Part shown: in pieces, positions 12,901 to 23,077 of the stretch
Layout: each line of letters begins with the position of its first letter
How positions within the stretch are numbered: the stretch's first letter is position 1
Assembly (NCBI GenBank): GCA_000708835.1
Contig: DF237011.1
Span: forward strand, 186,001 to 250,000
Origin: Klebsormidium nitens
Taxonomy: Eukaryota; Plantae; Klebsormidiophyceae
Direction of reading: 5' to 3'
DNA: 64,000 nt
Notes under the pieces: generated by a model
The model's database searches: none
Seen by the model: only the letters and a program-made list of their open reading frames with translations
What the model was told of the DNA's origin: nothing
Position numbers and translations under genes: made by a program

Positions 12901-14390
12901 GGAACGCTCCAGACGTCTTGTTCGTGGCTGGATGTGTCATGGTTTGCATAGACTCAGGTACCGGAAGCCCTTCTGCCAAGATGTGCCGCCAGTCTTTGCA
13001 GACTGGGGTTTTATCGAATTGGAAGGTAGCGTTGCGATATCGAGTATTGCCATGTTCTGTGGTCTGCATGTAAGTGTTTGATTCTCATTTCGCGATAGCG
13101 CTATTTATCGGTTACTTCGAAAGCAGGTCAACTACCTAGCCTTGCCTTTCCATGACCAGCATCGACGTGCCGTCGTCGAATATGGTTGTCAGTTGGCGGT
13201 CTACGCTCAACCTATATTCCCAGGGCTTTCGGAGGACTCCTATTCTGCAAGATCGAGTGCTGCGATCGGAGTACTACAAACCAGCTTTAGGCATGCTACC
13301 TGGTTTCAGACTCTTTTACATTTCCGCCCCAGGGTTTACAAAGCGGATTTTGCACATGATCAGAGACACTGTTTCCCTTAGGTATTTGTCTCCGTCCAAC
13401 GGAAAGGCGTTCCTTCTTACTACTTCTGTCCTAAAGGCCTTACTTTCTTAGTAATCAATGTTGAATATAAGGAGCTTGACCAACGTTCTCTTTGCAGGAA
13501 TACTTTATGTCGGATGGAGACATCGCCTGGGACAGCGATTTTTTCAACATCATCTCCATCGACTCTCGGGGCATCCGAGTGATCGACCACACCCAGCTGG
13601 ATACGCTCAGCGTGTTCCGGAGCGCAGCCCAAGTCCCCCGGGCGATCACAAGAATGCAAAACCTCGTCAGAGCGACAAGAACAGGTGGGTTTGAGATCTT
13701 AGGGTATACACTTGATACCTTCCGTGGTTGGATGTATTAAAAGTCTCTTTTTCGTTGTGTGGGGGGTAAATAGTCGTGCGAACGGAAACGGATTCTAGAC
13801 ACCGAAGCCACCCGATTGTGATTGCGCTGATTACGGGGGCTCCTTTGCTTACAGGCTCCAAGAGTTCCCTCTCTGAGACAGAACAGTGCCAAGAGGGAGA
13901 CCCAACCGACAACAGCGGTAAGAATCTGGACAGGACTCAAGGCAGTGATGTACCGGACGAAAGCTCGGCCGGCGTGACTCAGAAAGGGGTCAGATCAGAC
14001 ACTTCGGACGGCTCTCGGATGTCCGAAAGTGGTCAGGTCGGAGAAACCACTCGAAAGGGGGGTAACTTGGAAAAGCCGAGCACGGGAAAACTGAAAGGGT
14101 CAGTCGAGGGGACGAGTGATCGGGGCAAAGGGGAGGAGACTGGACAGAGTGCCCGGAGGAAAGCGGAGGAAGTTGGTGGGGCGAGTAAAGGAGAGGAAGA
14201 GATGGTGGGCGATGTGCTGGGAGGGTTCACTGGGCCCGCATCTGACTTTGGGAGGGGTCTCTCCCGGGAAGCGCTGCAAAGCCTGAGGCAGCGGAAGATC
14301 GATAGAGAAGGAAGGGCGAAGGAAGATGCGGGAGAGAACGCTCATGAAGGTAAGGGAGTGACGGCGCGTCGTTATAATGCAGGTTTTTGA
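6950..14390 (+). CDS. Inward-rectifier (Kir/IRK-family) two-TM channel-like protein, ~1055 aa, with a non-canonical filter
   Basis: Exons 6950-8471, 9349-9536, 10296-10611, 11237-11345, 11747-11921, 12427-12561, 13498-13684 and 13855-14390; phases are consistent (3168 nt). Kir hallmarks appear in order: FSDFYIAVLK|APVLL (slide helix/M1), LLYSLSLSMLFGGS (pore), M2 ending GAVFSRMSQ, KAVI, VRIKL, VKHVIDRNSPLYG..ESL, TVLGTE, EYF..GDIAWDSDF, RVIDHTQLDT. The start codon is inferred, and a possible extra donor at 14350 makes the exact C-terminus uncertain. Confidence 0.85.
12020..12248 (+). repeat. Decayed intronic copies of the 3' half of channel exon 5, including its donor site
   Basis: 12150-12248 cagcggaaacggatccgtcgtttgctcg...ggcctatcttcagtacgggatagcg|gtgggcattt matches the exon end cagcggaacggatccgtcttctgttcg...ggcctatctgcagtacggaatagcg|gtgagcattt. 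A more decayed copy lies at ~12020-12070. Confidence 0.8.
12526..12815 (+). repeat. Triplication of the 3' end of channel exon 6 (ERASLQSxFxMQ)
   Basis: gagcgcgccagcct(c/t)cagagc..cttcca.atgcag occurs at ~12526, ~12644 and ~12776. The second copy keeps a GT donor; the third has TT. Confidence 0.85.
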
Positions 14391-16349
14391 GAGTGAGGGC
14401 CATCTAGCTGACATGGTGTGCTTAACAGTCACGTTGCCGTAAAGGAATTGTACTAGTCGAGTTCGACCCTTAAGCACGCTGAGAGAGGATGGTGAAATAG
14501 ACGGAAACGGAGTTGTAAATTTCTGGAGGAGATTGAGTATAGGTTTTCTAAGTCGAGGCGAGCGCCTCCAGCCAAGTCGAAAGCCGGATCGATCAGAGTC
14601 CAGTTGAAACCTGCCTTATCTTAAGATGTGATCACATGCAAGCGTTTGGAACTGGATGGGTGCGGGCATTTGCAATCCCCGGCCAATAAGTCACCGACTT
14701 TACGTTGTATGGCCCGCTCGATCAGGCGTTGCTAATTACCGTACTAGGGTCGCCGTCTGTGTCGGGATACGGATCGTCGACTCGAGTGCTTTTGGTCGGA
14801 TGCATTGTCGAAAGGCCTAGCTAGCTTATGACCGACACACAGACGCGTCGGCCCTGAGTCGAGCTAGTACTATAAACGGCGCGGCCACGGGCAGCAGCTC
14901 TATATATGATCGTATTGGACGAGGGATGATCACTCCAATCCATGCAAACAAACGTGTGAATTAACATCGTCGATCCGAGTCAGACGGCCGGGCCAGCTCG
15001 ATCATGAGGCCGGGGATCATTTGGCTTGATTTTGCAAATTAATCCGCGGCTGGGCATGATGGCCGCCAACGGTACGTGCGTAGCTCTATTGATGATAATA
15101 ACATTGAGGTTACAAATGCCATGCACCTGTCGGCAGCAATTCAATATTTATTTGGCCCCGGCCCCCCGGCCGGGACCATCATTATATGGCCCCGGCCGGC
15201 CGCTGGACCGGTCTCCGTTGTACGTTAAGTTCTAGGCACATTGGATTGCAGCATACAAAGCGTCTGCTCTGATGTAATTACCTACTCCAGATACAATTTT
15301 TTGGTCAACAATCACATATACCAAGTCGATCGACGACAGAGACATTTCGTAAGCAGAAGATCATCAACTTACGTTGGACATTCGACGGTTTATTGTATGA
15401 TGTATGAGTCCGTATTGCATGAGTCACTGAGTCCGTTGCATCGAGTTGTTGTGTGGAGAAAACCTGTTAAGAGTTACAGTGACTATGTTGATGGTCCATG
15501 CTTATTACGAGCTCGTAATTAGTAAGCAGACATCCAACAGTGGTTGTCGGATCATGTGTATTGGATACTCTCACATCACGCGCAGCGTGTGACGGGGCTA
15601 GGGAGACGGCAGTCATCTTTGTCAGCTAAGGCAGCTTTATAGTGCCCAGCTCACGCTAAGTTCAGGTCACTACTAACTGATTACGTCCTGTACAGGGGAT
15701 CATCCTGCGGAAGCCACTTGTTCACTGCGAAAGGTATGGACATCTCCATCCATGTACCACTTTGCAGAGTCATACAACATTCTGTCTGGCTCGGGGTCCG
15801 GACTCGGTCATTCCCAAAGATTTAGAGGTTCTCGTGCTCCGACGTAACTAGCCGACGGACCCACCTTACGGTTTACTAGGTTTGTACTGTCGGACTATTG
15901 ACCAACCCCAAAATCAGCCGTACCCCGAGTCCCGGGTACTGTTGTAGTCGACATGGATATATAAAGTCGATCATTCAAATCGAACACTTCTTTTGCAATT
16001 TCGGTCACCATTTCTACAGGGATGTTTTTACAACGACACTAGAGGATTTGTGCAAGAGATTCATCTAATACATCCGATGTTTCAAGGCTGGACGCGTCAG
16101 AAGTATCCCGCACATCCGAGCCACTGCGCAACCTAGAAGGGTGGCAGGGCGCCCTATCTTAAAACCCGCACCTAGAAAGAGCTGCTCGACCGAGAGCATC
16201 TGAAAGCCTTCTATTCGCTAAACAAGCATACCAAACCCCACTATCCCACTACACTGTTCAATCAAGTGAACGTTCACTAAAGCCTCCCCACAGCTTTCCT
16301 CTGAGCATTGCAAACCTGCCAGCTCCGCTCGCGCCCGCGCGCATGCGCC

Positions 16350-16968
16350 TCAGTCACGATCCCATTTGTACAGCAGGAAATACTTCAGCACTTCGGCGGC
16401 TCCCGCGGCCGCGAAGAGCGCGATCGCCTGCTTGTAGTTGTCGTCGCGAACCGCGCGGAACGCTCCGAAGCACAGCGCTCCTTCTGCGGCGAGGCACAGC
16501 GATGACGTGTGCACCACCTGGGAGATGACGTAAGCGGAGCTGCGGGCCATGACGTCCTGGAAGTCAGCAGAAGGCTGGCGCGGAGAAGAGTCGGATGAGA
16601 AGAGTGTTCTCCAGAGCTCGTTGGAAGAAGACTCGGAAACGCTGATAGGAGAGTCAGAGACACGAAGACCGGGGAGGACGGGTCCGGAGCTGGACGTTGT
16701 TGAAGAGATAGGCTTGTGGGGGAAACGCTGAGAATATTGTTACGAGATCGTTACTGCAGGAAAGTGAGAGATGAGAGGGCACTGCTCAGAATGAGATTTG
16801 CTGGACGAGCAGGGTGATTTTAGTTAGGCGGCAAGAACTGGCCTGGGCCACAAAAGCGGGTGCTCGAACGATTTCGGAAAAGGAATCGCTACACTAGGCA
16901 GAGGATTTTGAGGAACGCAGCGAACATGGAATGTGCTAAATCCGTACCTGAGAACTCAGCTTCTTCAT
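16350..16968 (-). CDS. Small two-exon protein (~132 aa) with a Ser-rich N-terminus and hydrophobic C-terminal segments
   Basis: Putative exon 16968-16948 (MKKLSSQ|GTACGG) spliced to 16727-16350, 126 open codons ending ..SSLCLAAEGALCFGAFRAVRDDNYKQAIALFAAAGAAEVLKYFLLYKWDRD*. No family recognised; the first exon is tentative. Confidence 0.45.
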
Positions 16969-17493
16969 AATATCACGTATAAGAGGGACTCATATCTGTC
17001 AGCTAATTAGCTAGCGAAGGGGCTGCCAGCGTCGGCGCCATGCAAGGTTTCGACACCGTATGAACGAACGGCGGCGGATGCAGTGCGTGCCCACCGCGCG
17101 CGGCGGCCGCGCAGCTGTAAACAGGCGGGCGCGCTTGGTGGCCAGGGTTTGAGACAGGGTTCGCGGGTTGATTTGACGGAAGTTGACCGGGTGGGGGTGC
17201 CCACTTCCATATGCCAGCGCAGCGCCGTACGGTTTAATCTGCTTGACGCCGGAGTCCGGAGGGGTCAACGGAATCTCCGGCTTTGAAGCTGGGTTCCGTA
17301 CCGCACGCTTTCGGCCCCCGAGTGCCGCATATGGGCCGGCTTGCCGGCCAGCACTGCATGAAAGTTTGATCAGATCGATGATGCTCAGCTCAGAGTGGAA
17401 GGAACCCATAATCCAACGGTTGTTCTGCAACAGCTTACAAGTTGCGGCTATGCGAGCGCGGCAGCCAGCGCTTAGGCTGAGCTGCCAGGCAAA

Positions 17494-17693
17494 GGCTTGC
17501 GATTGCCCACTGCATATGTTGGCCAGCTGGGCGCTGCGCTTATGCCGGAAGCAGCAGCGCTGCAAACATTCAGCAAAGCCTATATTTCCAGATGGCCAGT
17601 GCATGCGCTTATGCCGGAAGCAGTAGCGTTGTAAACATTCAGCAAAGCCTAAGCTGGCCAACATACCTATGTTGCAGTGGGCAGTGGCAAGTC
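17494..17693. mobile_element. Foldback/MITE-like element with an internal 69-bp-period direct repeat
   Basis: Left arm ggcttgcgattgcccactgcatatgttggccagct (17494-17528) is the imperfect inverse of 17652-17693. Inside, tgcgcttatgccggaagcag..aaacattcagcaaagccta occurs at 17535 and 17604. No TSD found. Confidence 0.55.
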
Positions 17694-18468
17694 TATGCTA
17701 GCTTGCAGGATATACCTAGTAGCCTGCATGATTGTCCGCATGATCATGTCAGGATACCCCTGTGATTCTAGGATCGAAGGGAGGAATGGCAGCTGCCAGC
17801 GACAGCTGCAGATCGACCACAGCTGATTATCACTGCGCAGGCAGCTGGCGGAGCTCGCACTGAGCAGCATTGGTGACACATGCTCCGACATATGCATATG
17901 CAGCTGAAATAACGGCAGCTGAAATAGCTTTGGCGTGCGTATGTGTACGTCGCTTTCGAGTCTCGACAACAGAATCGTACGGCAGCTTCCATACAGCAAC
18001 ATTTATTACTCGACGTACGGTGCAACTAAAGGAATTAATGTGCTTGCCCAAAATCAGCAATTCTGAAGACCGGTACGTACTGGCAATGGGCACTCTGAAG
18101 GCCGACGGCGAGCCTAGAACTGAAGGCAAAAGTGAAGATGGATTTCAAAAGGACTTAATAGCTTCTTGAATAATTGAAGCTGAGGCATATCCGTTGTCGA
18201 GTAGACAAATGTGAATCAAGATTCTCGTGAACCAAGCAGGATTTAGTATGTCGTTGTCAATTCTCGTCACAGGAAATGCTGATAATCAGCTTTGCACAGC
18301 TTCAAATTAGCAGCCTCAACCTGAGACGGCAGATTCAATGTGTGCAGCACTGAACTAGTATTCAAGTATTAAAGCAGGCTGCACCTAAGCCACGTCTCGT
18401 CTGACTGAATGATAGGGCCATCCGGACGACAGTCACATATACGACCGCTTCTCCTCTTTGCTTCTCCG

Positions 18469-18476
18469 TATAAAAG
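18469..18476 (+). promoter_or_regulatory. TATA box of the secreted-protein gene
   Basis: TATAAAAG about 170 bp upstream of ATG 18641, followed by a pyrimidine-rich leader. Confidence 0.55.
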
Positions 18477-18640
18477 CCAACTGCAAGCTTTACCCTCATC
18501 ACAACTCTGCGCTACCAAGACTCTTCTAATCTCCAACTGCAGCTACTAGCCCTCAAGTGACCACTTTCGCGTTCCAATCAAACCTCTTCCGAGCCGACTG
18601 CTGAACCTCTGCTCACAGGCCCCGTTAACGTGCTGACGTC

Positions 18641-20987
18641 ATGGCAAAAGCAGCCTTCTTCCCTCTCGCCTTGGTGGTGGCGTTCCTCGGTTTCATGGCG
18701 GCTGGCGCTCAGGCTGCCGAGGCGAAACCAGAGGACTGCCCCTATTGGGTCGGCTACGGTCCTGTGGGTTTGTCGTCGGGAGATACCGTCTGCGCCTTGA
18801 ACGGTGAGTGTCGCAGAATATGACCATTTTGGATCGATTGACTAATTTGGCATCTATATGGTGGAATGCCTGTGATCAGCAAAATGGTTTAGAGCTCTGT
18901 CCTTTCTTGGATTGATGCTCATGAGGAATTTCTGAAAGCCCTCAGCTGGTCGATTCCGAGCTGAAATACAGTTTTGGAGAGCGCACGCTGAGAGTGTTTG
19001 TCCACGCAACGAATGGACGTGACACTAATTTCGATACTGCCTTGCTCATGTGATGTTCTGGATCCTCGCCTGGGTTGTGTGTGATGATTTGGAGAACTGA
19101 GGCTGCCAGCAGATCTGCTTATGCTATACTACGGGAGAAGGGGCGCTGCTTATTTAAGGGGTTTTCCTATAGATTTTGACGTCCATTAAGTTGCTCTGGT
19201 CGCATCAAGGTTCTGGTATTGAATGTGGCAATAGATTTACTTAGGTGGCCCTTTGTGGGAGCCCGACTTTAAGCGGTCTGTTCAAGTTGGCCACACGGAG
19301 AATCATAGAAGTCCGTCCTTCATAATCCAGCTCAAGACTCCCTTGGTGACGCGCACGTGGGCGTTTGTAGGATAATTTTGACCAACATTATTGAGGTCAT
19401 TGTATGTACATTGTAATCTAGCTGCGGCTGCTTTGGGAAGTCTGCGCGACATTGATGCATCATTAATCTAGGCGGAGGCAGGCAAGAGGTTCAGCCTTTG
19501 CATTTTCACCAGCCTCTAGTAGCTAGATCCAGCTTATGTACTTTAATTCATACTCTGCTTCTTTCGTCGCGGTTTCAGTTGCCTTCAATTTCAAAGGAGG
19601 CCTCTCAAAAAGTAGTACTCTTATGTGCTTTACACAATCAGCTATATCCGATATCCGAGGCTCGAGGACTCACGGTCGCGCAAACGGATGCAGGCAATCT
19701 GGGCGACAGTTTCGATGTGTCTGGCGGGCCCGCCGTCAGCTCCTGCGCGGACATTCTGTTTAAGATCATCGACGTCCTTTACAAGAAGCAAGGCAGCTAC
19801 CAATGGGCTGACGTGATGGAATTCATGAGCAAGGAAGCGTTCTCAATGCTAGACCCTGCACTTAGGAAAATGCAGTTCAGGGAGAGCGTTGACCTTCGTG
19901 CGGTCGAGGCGAATGCAGTGAGTACTCCCTCTCACTCTACCGGTCATCAGGAGCGTCGGATTACGTTCATCAGACGGCGCAAATTGCGATCTCTCTGTCT
20001 ATTTCAACCCACAAGCGTTCGTAGGTTAACAGAGCTTCAATATCATTGCCTGGTTCCTTCTCGGCTCGGAGTTTCCGCCGCACTCGCTTCTTCTTTACTG
20101 TGCGCTGCCATTTTGTCCGACGTTTTGTCCGAGTCTGCTTGCGTGGCACAGATCTTTACTGTCAAGTCCTCTGACGACGATTCAAAGCTCAGACAAACCG
20201 TAGCAGAAAGACTCCATCTCTTGATCCTGCAACTTTCCTTGGATCTACTTTGATAATTTGATCAATAGAAAAAGCGAAGTCACTAGTAGCTATAGGACAG
20301 TCGCCCGAGATTTCCTCTACTTTGTGTAACTGAAGCAAGTGATCTCCTGCTCTCCTATCTGATAGTACAGGTAATAATAACCCGTGAGAAACGTGTGTTT
20401 GGAGGGCTGTGTTCTTAGTGTTTACTGAGGACAAACAAAGAATTGCTCGCTTCTTGCCTGAAACAATCTTCGACATCAACCATTCCGAGCTCTTTATCCA
20501 ATTTTGGTTTTCTGCCTGGAGCCGTCAGGAGGATACCGATCACTCAAGTCTGAAAACTAAGGTCAAGTCTACCGGTCCAAAGCAAACCCAAACATATTGC
20601 ACCCGAATCCATGTCCTCAACTGCACCCGAACCCATGTCCTCAACCCCCAATAAACCTCAGGAGCCAAACGTCCGCCGTTGCTGACGTCATGACCCACAT
20701 AACTAGCCTATTCCTTACAGTCCCGAAGCGCCCGCTGACGTCATTTTGCTGTTTCCGTCCCCTCGCAGCTGTCCATGGTGAAGGTCATGCCCGGCCAGTT
20801 CGTTCTGATGGACATCGTGCTTGACACTTGGGTTGGCCCCAAAGTGCGCTTCTCGAGTGGCTGGGCCCTCGACAGTGTCAGTACTATGCCCGGGGGCCGC
20901 AAGCTGGCAGCTGCTTCTGACGGCCGGAAGCTGGCGGCCGCGATGAAGTGGAAGCTGATGTCGGTTTCTAATATCTTCCTCTTTTGA
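18641..20987 (+). CDS. Secreted protein, ~200 aa, three exons, possibly NTF2/SnoaL-like fold
   Basis: Exons 18641-18803, 19694-19917 and 20769-20987 (phases 1, 0). Clear signal peptide MAKAAFFPLALVVAFLGFMAAGAQA, then helices, beta-like strands and a terminal ..KWKLMSVSNIFLF*. The fold call is inference only. Confidence 0.75.
20598..20645. repeat. 24-bp tandem duplication in an intron
   Basis: tgcacccgaa(t/c)ccatgtcctcaac occurs twice. Confidence 0.9.
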
Positions 20988-23077
20988 GCAGATTGTTTTG
21001 GATAAGTTCAGCCCGGTATCATCATAAGCAGGAGTACCGTGAAGTAACCTTAGCGATTGTATCAGAGTCAGTAAAATTTAGCGGTATTGGATCAATGGCT
21101 TCACTGCTAGTGTTCTCTGGATTGTAGCAGCGCTATAGTTCTACTAGCCACCAAGCAGAACCATTTGTGCTGATTCCGATTGGTTCTTCATAGTCCGTAA
21201 GATTCACCGAGTCGTATATACGTAGTGGTTATGGAGAAGGCATTTTGACGATTTGAATTGAGGCAGATTATGGTAGCTTGATCTATCACAAGTTTTCAAC
21301 AAACCTGGATTGTGTCTTCATTCTGACTGTCTAATATATTAGTGCGTTCTCCGTACGTAAGTTTCCAAATTAAAAGGACAGCAGCCCACCGAAATTTTTT
21401 GATATGATGCTTGTCTTTTAAGAGGAGAGTCACTGGCGCGCCCAGGATAAGCATTTGGATAAGCAGATACCCATAACCGAACGGAACGGCGCTTGCATGG
21501 GTTGCACTGATGCGAAGCAAAAAACGTCGTAACTCACGGTCGAGCTGACGGACCGGCTTAGGCTTGATGCCTTCATCATGTGGATTGTGTACTTTGTCTG
21601 CAAAAACGCCCTTGAATCATAAATGCGTGATTTAGCATGCCTACTTCTTCACTCAATCATCATCGCATCCAGCCAAATCTTGGTGCTGAAAGGTTCTTAC
21701 ACTCGACATGTCAGCTAGCGCACGCAAGCCTGCTGGTCGTAGTATTTGCGAGAAAGTTGCCAGCTCTCGGTCTGCGCCGGGTTCCGCGTGTCGCGACACT
21801 CGAAGCGCTAGCTGCAAAATGGCTTTGCTTTTGATGAAGCGACAATTCACCTGCTCATACGGGCCATATGCCGGCGTCGTACTAAGTACATAAGTTGCCA
21901 ATTTTGATGCGACGAGCTGATCCGATCAGCTCGTCGTAGTGCCTGATGATCAGGCTGCTACTTTGCAACGAACCAAGATCTTTAACGTTCATGTGGACCA
22001 TAAGCACAAAGCCGATTCAGGTCTTCTGCCCGTCGCGCTATTGGCCGGCAGGATCGATCATTCAAGTCGCCCACGAGTTACTTCGGATCGACTTGGAAGT
22101 GGGACCCCTGGGCCAAGGTATAGTTGCATGACATGATCTGATGAAGTTCGATTGCTGCATCGTGAGGCGTCATGTAGTATCTTATATAACTGGGCGCCAC
22201 GTTAGTACGGAAAGAGCAATTGAGCGGAGTAACCGGGCCGTCCTCTTCAAGTTTGAATGCAACACCGATCCGATTTGTCAAACTTGATCAACGCAGATTT
22301 GCTACATGAAGTCAGATTATCGCGCACAATAGGCGCAGGCCTTCTTAGACAACGTCAAGGTTAAATATAGGAGTCGCACTGAAATTGAAAGGTGAGACGA
22401 ATGATAATCCATGGTCCAGCCTTGAAGAAGTTGAACGCTAACCAAATCCAAATTAGGAGAATCGGGCAAGCGCCCAGACCCGTGGCTCCAGCCTGCTAAC
22501 GAGAAGACGGGCTCGATTGAAGTTTGCATCGCAAACTCAAGTTCGATCTAAGCTGGTTGTACGTGGATAACCTGGCACTATCGTTGCAAAGCCAGGAGAA
22601 TCTACGCGGCGTCGGTCCCGTTTAAATACTCTAATCCGCGACTTGTACTTTTGCCTCTTCCACAGACTCAGAGTTTTACTCTCTCTTTACAAATATTAAC
22701 CGGCATCTACAAGTCTCACATCGGCGATTTAGTCTCACGTGACTTTCTCAATTGACAAGCTGCTCAGTTAGAAGAAAGCAAACCGACAACGTAACTTGTC
22801 GAAGGTTGTGGTTGGGTGCCAATCTACCGCGCGGGCATAGGTAGGGTTGGGTTACCATCTACTCGTGTCAACGAAGTTCTGTTTAGATAGAGGTACATCC
22901 ACGCCTCAGCAAAAAGGATACTCAACGTCTCTTCTTCCTACCGGCGGCTCTGGTTCAAAGTACGCAGGTTCAAAATTGCCGTTCTTTCCAAGCAACAATT
23001 CAAACGGTTGGGGGCCACAACTCTTTCGGACCCTTTGAAGCGTCTCCTCAACCTTGAATCCTTGAAACGATAGAACC

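Noticed and set aside
12899-13451. ORFs inside channel intron 6 that look like nested exons
   Set aside because: The Kir alignment runs directly from exon 6 (HMQ) to EYF..IAW; these ORFs have no recognisable motif or consistent phases.
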